The notes: generated by a model from the letters alone, not told the origin. Counted from the stretch's first letter, positions 31,217 to 41,313 are shown. The stretch: DNA of 64,000 nucleotides from Alphaproteobacteria bacterium (GCA_013286285.1 JABDGA010000002.1:1349-65348); one strand, 5' to 3'. Numbers and translations are program-made.

Positions 31217-34200
31217 TTGCCTGCCATGGAAAAAAAGAAATATTACCCCGATATTGAGGCCAGTCCTGATTTCCCTGCCATTGAGGAAAAAATACTGGAT
31301 TACTGGCAGCAGGAGCAGGTATTCGCTGCGTCCGTAAAGGAGAGGCCTGCCAAGCAATCCGGCAAAAGCAATGAATTCATCTTTTATGACGGCCCACCCT
31401 TTGCCAATGGCCTGCCGCACTACGGCCATCTGCTTACCGGTTTTGTGAAAGATGTCTTTGCGCGTTATCAGGCCATGCGCGGCAAAAGGGTAGAGCGCCG
31501 CTTTGGCTGGGATTGTCATGGTCTGCCCGCGGAAATGGGAGCGGAAAAGGATCTGGGGATTTCAGGCCGTCAGGCGATTGTGAAATACGGCATCGGCAAG
31601 TTCAATGATTACTGCCAGACCGCAGTGATGAAATATACCCATGAATGGGAATATTATGTGACCCGTCAGGCGCGCTGGGTGGATTTCAAAAATGACTACA
31701 AGACGATGGACAAAAACTACATGGAGTCCGTCATCTGGGCGTTCAAGCAGCTTTATGACAAGGGGCTGGTCTATGAAGCTTACCGGGTCATGCCCTATAG
31801 CTGGGCGGCTGAAACGCCTTTGTCTAACTTTGAAACCAAGCTCGATAACTCCTATCGCGACAGGGTGGATAAGGCGATTACGGTGGCGTTTGAGTTGAAT
31901 ACCCCGCCGCATGGCGCGCCTGAGGCCAAAAAATATTATGTCCTTGCCTGGACGACTACGCCCTGGACCCTGCCGAGCAATCTGGCGTTGGCGGTGAACA
32001 AGGAAATTGAATATGCCATTGCCCGGAGCGAGAATGGGCATGTATATATACTGGCGCAGAAAATGGTGCCGGCTTTGGCTAAGGAATTAAAGCTGGTGCT
32101 GGAGGAAGGGGTAAGCCCTCCGGTGATTGCCGGTGAATATTTGCTGGGGCTTTCCTATCATCCGCTTTTCCCGTATTTTGCCAATCATAAGCATGCGTTC
32201 CGCATTCTGGACGGTAGCGGATTTGTCACGGATTCGGATGGCACGGGCGTGGTGCATATGGCGCCGGGATTCGGCGAGGACGACCAGAAGGTATGCGAGG
32301 CGAGCGGCATTGAGCTTGTCTGCCCGGTCGATCATGCCGGGCGGTTCACCAATGATATCGCCGATCTGCCGGACCTATCCCTCAAAGGCATGAATGTTAT
32401 TGAGGAGAATGTCGAAAAATTACGGTTCGGCGAAGCGAATGAACGCATCATTGACTGGCTCAAGCGGCATGGCCATCTGATAAAACAGGAACAGATTACC
32501 CATAGCTACCCGCATTGCTGGCGTACCGACAAGCCGCTGATTTACCGCGCCATGCCGAGCTGGTATGTCGAGGTGACCAAGTTTCGTGACCGTGCAGCAG
32601 AGCTTAACCGGCAGATTAACTGGATTCCCGAGCATATCCGCGACGGCCAGATGGGGCATATGCTGGCGACCGCGCCGGACTGGTCCATTTCGCGTAACCG
32701 TTTCTGGGGAACACCGATCCCGGTATGGAGAAGCAAGTCAGGCAAGATAAAAGTATTCGGCTCCATCGCGGAGCTGGAGAAGGCCAGTGGCCAGAAGATT
32801 GACAACCTGCACCGCCCGTTCATTGATGACATCATCATCCGGGAAGGCAGTGAAGAATATAAACGCGTGGAAGACGTGTTCGACTGCTGGTTTGAATCCG
32901 GCTCCATGCCTTTCGCGCAGGTGCATTACCCCTTTGAAAATAAGGAGTGGTTCGAGCACCATTTCCCGGCGGATTTCATTACCGAATATGTCGGCCAGAC
33001 GCGCGGCTGGTTCAATACGCTTATCATGCTCTCTACAGCATTATTTGACAAGCCGCCGTTTAAGAACTGCATCTGCCACGGCGTGGTGCTCGACTCCGAG
33101 ACCGGGCTTAAATATTCCAAACGCTTGAAGAATTATAGAGACCCGAAGGCAGTCATGGACAAGTTCGGCGCGGATGCGCTGCGCTGGTTGATGATGGCGT
33201 CGCCGGTCATGCGCGGATTGGATATGAGCGTCGATCCGGAAGGCAAGTTCATTCGCGATGTCGTGCGCCTCGCCATCAAGCCGATCTGGAATGCGTATAA
33301 TTTCTTCTGCCTCTATGCCAATGCGGACGGGGTGAAGGCAACTCCCTATTTAGAAGCGAATGAGCTTTATCTTCCATCTGAATATATAGAGAAACATGGG
33401 AACGTTTTTGAAGGAGCAGAAGCAGTAAAAGCGGTACAAAATACAAAGCCATCACATTCTATAAATGAGATGGATCGCTATATTCTGGCGAAGTGCAGGC
33501 ATGCGGTAGAAGCCATCCAAAATTCGCTTGATGCATATGATACGCCAGCCGCGACTGAAACAAGCTTACAATTTTTTGAATTACTCAATAACTGGTATAT
33601 CCGCCGTAGCAAGGAGCGCTTCTGGCGAGAAGAAAAAGATGACGACAAGCAAGCGGCTTATAATACGCTTTATACTGTTTTGCACATCATGTGCCGTGCT
33701 GTTGCTCCTCTATTGCCATTGACGAGTGAAGAAATATATCGAGGACTTACAGAAGAAGGAAGTGTGCATCTTGCTGGATATCCTGATGTGCGGCATTTGG
33801 AAATCAATGAGCATTTGATGCATGATATGGATGCGACGAAAGATATATGTAATGCCGCTCTTGCTGTACGTAGTGCAAAAAATTTACGTGTGCGGCTTCC
33901 TCTTGCCGCGCTTACGATTGTGGCTCGAACAACTTCCGGATATAAAGATATTATTCGTGATGAAGTAAATGTAAAAAATGTTAATTTTAATGGTGATGTA
34001 GATAAATACGCTACTTTCAAACTTCAAATCAATTTCCCTGTGCTTGGAAAGCGCCTGCCGGATAAAATAAAGCAAATCATTCCGGCTTCTAAAAAAGGCG
34101 ACTGGAAGCAGCTGCCGGATGGTAGGATTGAGATAGCAGGTGAGATATTGGAAAAGACCGAGTTCACCCTTCTTCTCGAACCGAAGGCGGAATATAAGGA

Positions 34201-34534
34201 TCGTGCCCAGCCCCTTTCGACTAATGATGCGCTGGTGATACTGGATACCACGATTACCCCGGAACTGGAAGCGGAAGGCTATGCGCGGGATATGGTGCGG
34301 CTTATCCAGCAGGCGCGTAAGGATGCGGGGCTGCATGTGGCGGATCGCATCAACTTACGACTGGTGGTTTCCGATAAACTGGCTTTCGCGCTTGCTTCCC
34401 ATAAGAATTATATTGCAGAACAGGTACTGGCGGCAACGCTGGTGCAAGGGGATATAAACGGTGCTGCGTTTGTCGCGAATGAAACGATTGAAGAACAGAA
34501 AGTGACTATTGGCATTACGGTGGTAGCGGCATGA
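31217..34534 (+). CDS. ileS: Isoleucine--tRNA ligase (long, type-2/eukaryote-like form)
   Basis: 1105 aa with HIGH-type 'PHYGHLLTG', 'WDCHGLP', 'WISRNRFWGTPIP' and KMSKS-like 'KYSKRL'. Confidence 0.95.
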   Translation: MPAMEKKKYYPDIEASPDFPAIEEKILDYWQQEQVFAASVKERPAKQSGKSNEFIFYDGPPFANGLPHYGHLLTGFVKDVFARYQAMRGKRVERRFGWDCHGLPAEMGAEKDLGISGRQAIVKYGIGKFNDYCQTAVMKYTHEWEYYVTRQARWVDFKNDYKTMDKNYMESVIWAFKQLYDKGLVYEAYRVMPYSWAAETPLSNFETKLDNSYRDRVDKAITVAFELNTPPHGAPEAKKYYVLAWTTTPWTLPSNLALAVNKEIEYAIARSENGHVYILAQKMVPALAKELKLVLEEGVSPPVIAGEYLLGLSYHPLFPYFANHKHAFRILDGSGFVTDSDGTGVVHMAPGFGEDDQKVCEASGIELVCPVDHAGRFTNDIADLPDLSLKGMNVIEENVEKLRFGEANERIIDWLKRHGHLIKQEQITHSYPHCWRTDKPLIYRAMPSWYVEVTKFRDRAAELNRQINWIPEHIRDGQMGHMLATAPDWSISRNRFWGTPIPVWRSKSGKIKVFGSIAELEKASGQKIDNLHRPFIDDIIIREGSEEYKRVEDVFDCWFESGSMPFAQVHYPFENKEWFEHHFPADFITEYVGQTRGWFNTLIMLSTALFDKPPFKNCICHGVVLDSETGLKYSKRLKNYRDPKAVMDKFGADALRWLMMASPVMRGLDMSVDPEGKFIRDVVRLAIKPIWNAYNFFCLYANADGVKATPYLEANELYLPSEYIEKHGNVFEGAEAVKAVQNTKPSHSINEMDRYILAKCRHAVEAIQNSLDAYDTPAATETSLQFFELLNNWYIRRSKERFWREEKDDDKQAAYNTLYTVLHIMCRAVAPLLPLTSEEIYRGLTEEGSVHLAGYPDVRHLEINEHLMHDMDATKDICNAALAVRSAKNLRVRLPLAALTIVARTTSGYKDIIRDEVNVKNVNFNGDVDKYATFKLQINFPVLGKRLPDKIKQIIPASKKGDWKQLPDGRIEIAGEILEKTEFTLLLEPKAEYKDRAQPLSTNDALVILDTTITPELEAEGYARDMVRLIQQARKDAGLHVADRINLRLVVSDKLAFALASHKNYIAEQVLAATLVQGDINGAAFVANETIEEQKVTIGITVVAA

Positions 34535-35565
34535 CGCAGCAGCGTACCAGTATAGGGGTTATCAGCGCCGGGGCGTGGGGAACGGCGCTGGCCATTGCGG
34601 CAAACCGGGCAGGGAGCGAGGTCATGCTCTATACTCCCAACCCGAATGTGCTGGATTCCATCACCCGCAAGCGTACCAATGACGTCTATCTGCCGGATGT
34701 TTTCATTAATCCGGATATTGCCATCAGCGATAGTCTGGCGCAGGCCTGCGCACGCGATATTATCATCCTGAGCGTGCCCTCCCAGCACTTGCGTTCGGTA
34801 TGTATCAGTATTTCCGATCAACTTGATCCAAGCGTGCCGGTGGTGATTGCGACTAAGGGTATTGAGCGCGGCAGCCTTGCCCTCATGAGTGAGGTGGTTG
34901 CGTCCGTTTTGCCCCAGAATCCTATTGCAATCTTAAGCGGTCCGAATTTTGCTGTCGAGGTGGCAAACGGCCTGCCCACCGCGACCACCATTGCGTGCCA
35001 GGATGCTACGGTTGCCAACCGGGTTATTTATGCCATCGGCGGTAAATATTTTCGCCCCTACCATAGCGAGGATATTATCGGTACGCAGGTAGGCGGCTCG
35101 GTTAAGAATGTCATTGCCATTGGGTGCGGTATCGCCATCGGGCGCGGGCTGGGTGAAAACGCAAGGGCGGCGCTTATCACGCGTGGCATTACGGAGATGG
35201 CGCGTTTGTGCCTTGCAAAAGGCGGCAGGCAGGAAACCCTGATGGGATTTTCCGGCTTTGGCGATCTGGTGCTCACCTGCGGGAGTTCGATATCGCGCAA
35301 TATGTCGCTTGGCATTGAGATTGGGCGGCAGCGGCAGCCGGTTAAAATGATTCTCGAAAATAATCAGAGAAAACTGGCGGAAGGGGTTGCAACCGCTGAA
35401 TCGGTGAATGATCTGGCTGGCCGAATTGGGATTGCCATGCCGATATGCAAAGCCGTGCATGCGATTATCAGCGAGACGATGGACATTGATCAGGCCATTG
35501 CCCAACTGCTTGAACGTCCTTTTGTACCGGAAGCGGTGCGGCCAGGGTTCAAGCACGCTTCTTAA
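34531..35565 (+). CDS. gpsA: NAD(P)H-dependent glycerol-3-phosphate dehydrogenase
   Basis: 344 aa with 'VISAGAWGTALA', 'GPNFA.EV' and 'GGSVKNVIAIGCGI'. Confidence 0.9.
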   Translation: MTQQRTSIGVISAGAWGTALAIAANRAGSEVMLYTPNPNVLDSITRKRTNDVYLPDVFINPDIAISDSLAQACARDIIILSVPSQHLRSVCISISDQLDPSVPVVIATKGIERGSLALMSEVVASVLPQNPIAILSGPNFAVEVANGLPTATTIACQDATVANRVIYAIGGKYFRPYHSEDIIGTQVGGSVKNVIAIGCGIAIGRGLGENARAALITRGITEMARLCLAKGGRQETLMGFSGFGDLVLTCGSSISRNMSLGIEIGRQRQPVKMILENNQRKLAEGVATAESVNDLAGRIGIAMPICKAVHAIISETMDIDQAIAQLLERPFVPEAVRPGFKHAS

Positions 35566-36499
35566 GCTTACTCTCAACCGCATCCCAGAACACACTTTCC
35601 TGCTTAAGATTGTAGAGTGCGTTGGATCCGACAAGCCCTGTCGGGCAGGTGACGTTGATTTCCGTCAGGTAATCACCGATGACATCCAGTCCGGCAAGCA
35701 GGATACCGCGTTTCACCAGTTCTTTACCAACGGTTTCCCCAATCCTTATATCTCGCTCGGACGCTTCTATTTTGATGCCTGTGCCGCCGACGCGCATATT
35801 GGCACGAATGTCATCCTTGGCCGGGACGCGGCCATATATGGCAGTCACTTTCCCGTTAATAACGATGATGCGCTTATCCATTGTTTTTATTTCCGGGATG
35901 AAAAGTTGGGCAATAATCGGCTCGTTTGAACTGCCAAAGAACATTTCCAGCAATGCATGAAAATTAGAATCGCCTTTTTTGACACGGAACACTGACTGCC
36001 CTGCATAGCCGTAAAGCGGCTTGAGGACAATATCCTGATGAGTACCCAAAAAATCCTCGATGGTTTGCACATCGCGGCTGATGAGGGTAGGGGCCAGGAA
36101 TTGAGGAAACCGGAACATGAACAGTTTTTCCGGCGCATTGCGGACATGGAATGGATCATTTACCACCAGTACGTCCGGCTGCAGCATTTCCAGCAGATGG
36201 GTGGCCGTGATATATTCCATGTTGAAGGGAGGATCCTGCCGCATGAGGACAACATCCGCCTCTCGCAGGTTTATAATCTGCCAGCCGCCTGCCGTAAAAT
36301 ATGCATCCGGGTTCTTATGGAAGGTGACTTGCCGCGCCCGTGCCGTTATTGCCCCGTTTAGAAAAATGAGGTCCTTCGGTTGGTAGCAATACACGTCATA
36401 TCCACGCTCCAATGCTTCAAGGCCGAGCAGCATGGTCGTATCGGTACGCGGATTGATGGATTCTACAGGATCCATCTGGATGGCAAGTATCTTTTTCAT
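35549..36499 (-). CDS. gshB: Glutathione synthetase
   Basis: 'MKKILAIQMDPVESINP...DTTMLL' and an ATP-grasp C-terminal half. Start chosen at the Met at 36499. Confidence 0.9.
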   Translation of the reverse strand: MKKILAIQMDPVESINPRTDTTMLLGLEALERGYDVYCYQPKDLIFLNGAITARARQVTFHKNPDAYFTAGGWQIINLREADVVLMRQDPPFNMEYITATHLLEMLQPDVLVVNDPFHVRNAPEKLFMFRFPQFLAPTLISRDVQTIEDFLGTHQDIVLKPLYGYAGQSVFRVKKGDSNFHALLEMFFGSSNEPIIAQLFIPEIKTMDKRIIVINGKVTAIYGRVPAKDDIRANMRVGGTGIKIEASERDIRIGETVGKELVKRGILLAGLDVIGDYLTEINVTCPTGLVGSNALYNLKQESVFWDAVESKLKKRA

Positions 36500-36521
36500 A
36501 GTGAACAGCAAAAACAGGCTA

Positions 36522-37127
36522 CTATTTGCCTGTCCTTCTTTCATCATCCTTTAATATCACATGGCTGATAACCTGCTTCACATGCGACGTGGTGCTGGCG
36601 ATATACGAGGCTTTGTCCAATTCCGCCTGATCCTGCGCAATGCCCATCAGGTAGACGATGCCATTCACCACCTCTACGTTATAATTGACAGAGCGCAGGT
36701 TCTTTTCCAAAAGCAACTTGGTACGTATCTGGTTGGCAATCCAGCTATCCTGCGCGTAATCCATCACGCCGGTCTGGTCGTTGACCTGGATTTCGTCGAT
36801 AACTTCTTTTACGCCTTTTACCTTCCAGGCAATCTGTACGGCCTGCACCTTGGAATCAGGCTTATCCACATCGCCGGTCAGCATGACGCGCCCTTCTTTT
36901 ACATGAGTGTCAACATTGCGAAAAAGATCCTTCACATCCTGCTGGAGGAACTGGGCGTCAAGGGCAAGCTTTATGCCCGCATCGTCTACGACAGTGCCGG
37001 TGGAGCGCTCCTGCACGGCAACTTCCCCCGCAGTGCCTGCTCCTGCTAATACGGCAGGAATGCAACCACTGATGAGGAACGGGGCAAATAGAATAATCCA
37101 GCTTACGGGTTTCATTCGGGTCTCCAC
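36522..37127 (-). CDS. BON-domain lipoprotein (OsmY/DolP-like)
   Basis: 201 aa with lipobox 'FLISGC' and two BON-like repeats ('V...GRVMLTGDV', 'VEVVNGIVYLMGIA'). Confidence 0.75.
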   Translation of the reverse strand: METRMKPVSWIILFAPFLISGCIPAVLAGAGTAGEVAVQERSTGTVVDDAGIKLALDAQFLQQDVKDLFRNVDTHVKEGRVMLTGDVDKPDSKVQAVQIAWKVKGVKEVIDEIQVNDQTGVMDYAQDSWIANQIRTKLLLEKNLRSVNYNVEVVNGIVYLMGIAQDQAELDKASYIASTTSHVKQVISHVILKDDERRTGK

Positions 37128-37495
37128 GCGTTTTTAAGGTGGTGAATTTTCAATGGCGATGTTACCACCATTACGTCGAAGCGCAAGCCAAGATCCGCAA
37201 ATTTTGCATGTACAGCAATGAAACCGCGTGCGGCACTGGAGATGATCTGCTGTTTGGCGGGGGATATGGAATAGAGCGCGGTTTCTTTCTGCGCACGCGC
37301 CTTTACTTCGATGAAAACAAGGATTTTGCCTTTGGTGGCGATAATATCAATCTCGCCGGAGTGATTGCGGTAGCGCAGTTTTATCAGTGAATAGCCTTTG
37401 AAGAACAGGAAGGCCGCGCAGAGATATTCGGCGGCAATGCCCCATCCGTGTGAGCGCCTGCGTTTATTCCTTTTTGATGTATAATGCTTTTGCAT
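37112..37495 (-). CDS. yraN: YraN-family (UPF0102) endonuclease-like protein
   Basis: 'GEIDIIA...LVFIEVKAR' core. Start taken at the Met at 37495; the track ORF extends to 37546. Confidence 0.8.
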   Translation of the reverse strand: MQKHYTSKRNKRRRSHGWGIAAEYLCAAFLFFKGYSLIKLRYRNHSGEIDIIATKGKILVFIEVKARAQKETALYSISPAKQQIISSAARGFIAVHAKFADLGLRFDVMVVTSPLKIHHLKNAWRPE

Positions 37496-38315
37496 ATATT
37501 TCCTGACGCGACAATCCCGTGAGCTTTGCCACCTGTGCTGCAGCATCTTTTACGCTCAAGTTTTTTAATGCCTTGCGCAGCAGCTTGTCTACATCCGTAT
37601 CCGATGGGGCGGCAGGGGGCAGTGGCGGCGCGATGACAACCACCACTTCGCCTTTGGGTTCCCCGGTTTCTGCATAATAGGTTGCAAGTTCCGCAAGTGT
37701 GCCCCTGCGCAATTCTTCATGCAGCTTGGTAAGCTCGCGGGCGATAACGGCCTCGCGTTGTCCCAGCAATGTGGCAAGCGCTTCCAGAGATTCCGGTAGT
37801 CGGCGCGCTGATTCAAAGCACACCAGCGTTGCGGGAATCGCCGCCAGTTCCTGTATTGCTTTCTCGCGTGCTACTTTTTTGGCAGGCAGGAACCCGGTAA
37901 ATAGGAAGCAATCCGTCGGCAAGCCGCAGACGGAAAGCGCCGCAGTCATAGAAGAGGCTCCCGGAACGGGAAAGACTTTTATGCCACGTTCGGTGGCTTC
38001 TTTCACCAGCTTATATCCCGGATCGGAAATCAGGGGCGTACCGGCGTCAGAAATCAAGGCAATGGTTTTGCCGCTTTCCAGGTCGGCAAGCAGCCGCGGG
38101 AGTTTGCCTTCGGAGTTATGATCGTGATAGGAGATGGTGCGCGCCTTGATACCGAAATGTGAAAGCAACTTTGCGCTCGTACGGGTATCCTCGCAGGCAA
38201 TAACGTCGGCGGCGCGCAGGACATCGAGTGCACGCAGGGTGATATCCCCCAGGTTGCCGATGGGCGTCGCCACCACATAAAGCCCTGCTGCAATCGTTTG
38301 ACTATTCCTGCCCAT
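37464..38315 (-). CDS. rsmI: 16S rRNA (cytidine1402-2'-O)-methyltransferase
   Basis: 283 aa with 'LYVVATPIGNLGDITLRAL..L...D.IACEDTR' and 'SDAGTPLISDPG'. Confidence 0.9.
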   Translation of the reverse strand: MGRNSQTIAAGLYVVATPIGNLGDITLRALDVLRAADVIACEDTRTSAKLLSHFGIKARTISYHDHNSEGKLPRLLADLESGKTIALISDAGTPLISDPGYKLVKEATERGIKVFPVPGASSMTAALSVCGLPTDCFLFTGFLPAKKVAREKAIQELAAIPATLVCFESARRLPESLEALATLLGQREAVIARELTKLHEELRRGTLAELATYYAETGEPKGEVVVVIAPPLPPAAPSDTDVDKLLRKALKNLSVKDAAAQVAKLTGLSRQEIYAKALYIKKE

Positions 38316-38336
38316 TCTACTATCCCTTTACCCTAT

Positions 38337-39731
38337 ATGTTGCCGCATTTTTCCCGCTTTGTGTACCGTTTAATTGCGCTGCTGGCGCTTTTTGCCTTTG
38401 CGGCCTGCTCCATGCCTATGGATGAGGAGGATGACGAGCAGGAAAGCCCTCCCGCCGTGAAGTCGGTCTCTTCGATTCCAGCACCAGCAAAAACGGCGCA
38501 GGAGAAAGCGCCTGAGCAAAAGTCTCCACCAGTGATAGAGGTCAAGCCGCAAGAGGGTAAAAATGATTTCGCTCCGCCCAGCCATATAACAACGGATACT
38601 CCAGCTCCCCCAGCGCAGAATGGCCCCTATGCCCCGCCAACACAGATGGGCGAGACGGCGACCCCAAAAGCGCCTGTGCTGAAGGTTGGGTTGCTGATAC
38701 CCATGTCGGGCGATTCGTTGGCGCTTGGTCAGTCGTTGCTCGATGCCGCGGTGCTGGCCATATATGATAAATACAGCGGTCTGGCGCCGCATGAGATAAC
38801 AGCGAAAGTCCAGTTGCTGCCCAAAGATACGGGAGATAGCATTGAGGGAGCGGAAAAGGCCGCTCAGGATGCCGTACAGGAAGGCGCAACGCTTCTGCTG
38901 GGGCCGGTGTTCAGCAAGCAGGTGAGCGTGGTGGCGCTCACGGCCCGCCATAAGAATATTCCGGTGATTACTTTTTCCAATAACATCGCGGTGGCGGGGG
39001 ATGGCGTCTATCTGTTCGGATTTATCCCGGAGCAGCAGGTGATACGCATCGTACAATATTCCTTAAGCCATAATGTCAATAATATTGCAGCTTTGGTTCC
39101 CAGTAATCCTTATGGCGCGGCGATAGTGAAACAGCTCACCGCCGAGGTGCGCAAGCATAACGGGCGTGTGCATCCTATTGAATATTACTCTGAGGATATG
39201 CTGACGCTGGATAATAACGTGGGGCGGCTTGCACGCTTCCTGCAGGATGATCCGGTGAAAGGGCAAGCCCTGTTTATCGCGGAAGGTGGGGATAAATTAA
39301 AAACCCTGACGGATACGCTTGCGGCTAACGGCATCAATCCCGGCAATGTGCAGTTGCTTGGCACCGGCCTGTGGGACGATCCCGCCATCATCAAATGGCC
39401 CGCGCTACACGGCGGATGGTTCGCCAGCTCGCCACCGGAGAAATACCGTGCGTTCGAGCAGCATTTCGTCGCGACCTATTCGTATAAGCCGGAGCGTCGC
39501 GCCAGCCTGTCCTATGATGCGGTGGCGCTTGCAGTTAATATCGCGCTTGCCTCAAACGGTAAGGGATTTCCTAAAGAAATGCTCAATGATCCAGTAGGGT
39601 TTAACGGACCGGCCAATGGCATATTCCGCTTCCATGATGACGGCTCCGTAGAGCGCGGACTCTCCATTCTTATGGTCACGCCTTCCGGGTTTAAGAGCAT
39701 TGATCCGTCGCCGACGATGTTTAATCAGTAG
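38337..39731 (+). CDS. Penicillin-binding protein activator-like lipoprotein (LpoA/periplasmic-binding fold)
   Basis: Signal/lipobox 'LFAFAAC', a Pro-rich linker, then a type-1 periplasmic binding fold ('KVGLLIPMSG...'). Divergent from rsmI, as in E. coli rsmI/lpoA. Confidence 0.65.
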   Translation: MLPHFSRFVYRLIALLALFAFAACSMPMDEEDDEQESPPAVKSVSSIPAPAKTAQEKAPEQKSPPVIEVKPQEGKNDFAPPSHITTDTPAPPAQNGPYAPPTQMGETATPKAPVLKVGLLIPMSGDSLALGQSLLDAAVLAIYDKYSGLAPHEITAKVQLLPKDTGDSIEGAEKAAQDAVQEGATLLLGPVFSKQVSVVALTARHKNIPVITFSNNIAVAGDGVYLFGFIPEQQVIRIVQYSLSHNVNNIAALVPSNPYGAAIVKQLTAEVRKHNGRVHPIEYYSEDMLTLDNNVGRLARFLQDDPVKGQALFIAEGGDKLKTLTDTLAANGINPGNVQLLGTGLWDDPAIIKWPALHGGWFASSPPEKYRAFEQHFVATYSYKPERRASLSYDAVALAVNIALASNGKGFPKEMLNDPVGFNGPANGIFRFHDDGSVERGLSILMVTPSGFKSIDPSPTMFNQ

Positions 39732-39735
39732 CGGT

Positions 39736-40119
39736 ATGAGCTTAACGTTACGATTCCATAACATGGATCTGTCGGTGTGCAAGCTGGCTCCTTCCGCGCC
39801 TATTCCGGTGGATATATTGACATGGGAGTTTACGGTTTTTCTGCGCACTCCGGATGAAGTGACCCTTATATGTCCTACCACAATAGCGCCGATAGCCGTA
39901 AAAGTGGAATCCGGATGGATTGCGTTGGAACTTGTCGGGCCCTTTGATTTTGGGCAGACGGGTATTCTGATGCAGGTAGCAAAACCATTGGCTGCTTCCG
40001 GTGTCGCAATTTATGCACTTTCCACTTTCAATACGGACTATGTACTGGTTAAGGCAGATAAGCGTACTCTTGCACAAGAAGCGCTTCAAAAAACCGGACA
40101 CAGGTTTATAGAGGATTAG
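39736..40119 (+). CDS. ACT-domain-containing small protein
   Basis: 127 aa from the Met at 39736. '...GILMQVAKPLAASGVAIYALSTFNTDYVLV' is an ACT-like ligand-binding fold pattern. Confidence 0.55.
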   Translation: MSLTLRFHNMDLSVCKLAPSAPIPVDILTWEFTVFLRTPDEVTLICPTTIAPIAVKVESGWIALELVGPFDFGQTGILMQVAKPLAASGVAIYALSTFNTDYVLVKADKRTLAQEALQKTGHRFIED

Positions 40120-40921
40120 TCATTCCCAGTTTCTTCACCGCTTTTATCAGCGGTTCCACTATCTGCTCATTGGTATAATCGGCGTGGTGGACGTCTTTAT
40201 ATATGACCATTTCCTTAGGCTCATTTGCGGCTGCAAACAGCTCTTGACCATGGCGCAGCGGGATAGTGATGTCTTTTTCTCCGTGTAGCAAGACAAGGGG
40301 GGCATGGACGTTTTTTATCTTTGCCAGCGAATCGTATTTATCGCGCACCAGATAACGCGCGCCGAGTACGAACGGATAAAGTTCCGCCGAGCGGGTTTCC
40401 ACCGAAGTATATGCGGCCTCCAGCATTAGCAAACCGGGCGCTCGCTCGGTTGCCATCTGCACCGCCACGCCGCTGCCAAGTGATTCACCGAAATAGATTA
40501 ATCTCTTTTGCGGAATATGCAGATCGTTTAAGGCGTAGTTAATCGTTGCGTGTGCATCCTCATATAGCCCAACCTCTGAAGGTGTCCCTTCGCTTTTACC
40601 GAATCCCCGGTAGCTCACCGCCAGAAGCCCGAAGCCATTGTCAACAAACGCACTGAACTTCGCTGCGCGATCGCCTAAGTTAGCGGCATTGCCGTGAAAG
40701 TAGAGGATGGTGGGATAGCCGGGTTTGGCGCTATGTTTCCACACCTGCAGGCGCGTGCCGTCTGATGAGTGCAGAAAGATTTCTTCTATATGCGGAAGTT
40801 TATATTTCTCAGGCTCGGCAATAGCGCGAGAAGGATGATACATGAGGTTTCTCTGGAAGAGAAAGATAAGCGCGATAAGGATAATATATCCTGTAATCGC
40901 AAATTTAATCAGAACCCACAT
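40106..40921 (-). CDS. Alpha/beta-fold hydrolase, membrane-anchored
   Basis: 271 aa with an N-terminal TM helix, nucleophile elbow 'GESLGSG', 'HGEKD' and a C-terminal 'HH'. Confidence 0.8.
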   Translation of the reverse strand: MWVLIKFAITGYIILIALIFLFQRNLMYHPSRAIAEPEKYKLPHIEEIFLHSSDGTRLQVWKHSAKPGYPTILYFHGNAANLGDRAAKFSAFVDNGFGLLAVSYRGFGKSEGTPSEVGLYEDAHATINYALNDLHIPQKRLIYFGESLGSGVAVQMATERAPGLLMLEAAYTSVETRSAELYPFVLGARYLVRDKYDSLAKIKNVHAPLVLLHGEKDITIPLRHGQELFAAANEPKEMVIYKDVHHADYTNEQIVEPLIKAVKKLGMTNPL

Positions 40922-40944
40922 GTAAAAACGGTTTCGTTGAATCC

Positions 40945-41313
40945 TTATGATTCGTTATCGTCGAAGAATTTGGGTTGAAATGTGTTAGCAAAGATAGCGG
41001 CTGGTTTGGGAACAGGTACATCAATCATATTATATAGAGCTTTCATTTCATCACGAACTTCCTGTGAAGGGATGCCACGCCCGGCTACAATTACAGTGCC
41101 GTAATCTGCTGGTTTAAAATTCTCGCTAGCTTGCATTTTTGCAAACATTTTTTTTAGATTCTTCCCTAATAATTTGATGTAGGAATATACTTGATCACCA
41201 AACATATTAGTGCCTTGAAGAAGCACTACGACTTCAGTTTCTAAATATTCATCGCTCACTAACTCAGGTGATACATTTTTACCAAAGCCAGGTGTTGACC
41301 AGTTGTTTTTCAT
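40945..41313 (-). CDS. Hypothetical protein, paralogue A of an unknown ~120-aa family (AT-rich copy)
   Basis: 122 aa. About half the residues are identical by eye to 41885-42244 ('FGK.VSP.LV', 'EVVVLL.G.N.FGD.VY', 'QASENFKP..YG', 'QPKFFD'). GC 20/60 at 41161-41220. Confidence 0.6.
   Translation of the reverse strand: MKNNWSTPGFGKNVSPELVSDEYLETEVVVLLQGTNMFGDQVYSYIKLLGKNLKKMFAKMQASENFKPADYGTVIVAGRGIPSQEVRDEMKALYNMIDVPVPKPAAIFANTFQPKFFDDNES

Noticed and set aside
36862-36870. A perfect DnaA-box-like 'TTATCCACA' and near-matches (for example at 47146-47156), together with dnaN proximity, as a possible oriC.
   Set aside because: These are single isolated boxes inside or next to coding sequence, with no cluster and no adjacent AT-rich unwinding element. 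Alphaproteobacterial origins are not normally next to dnaN.
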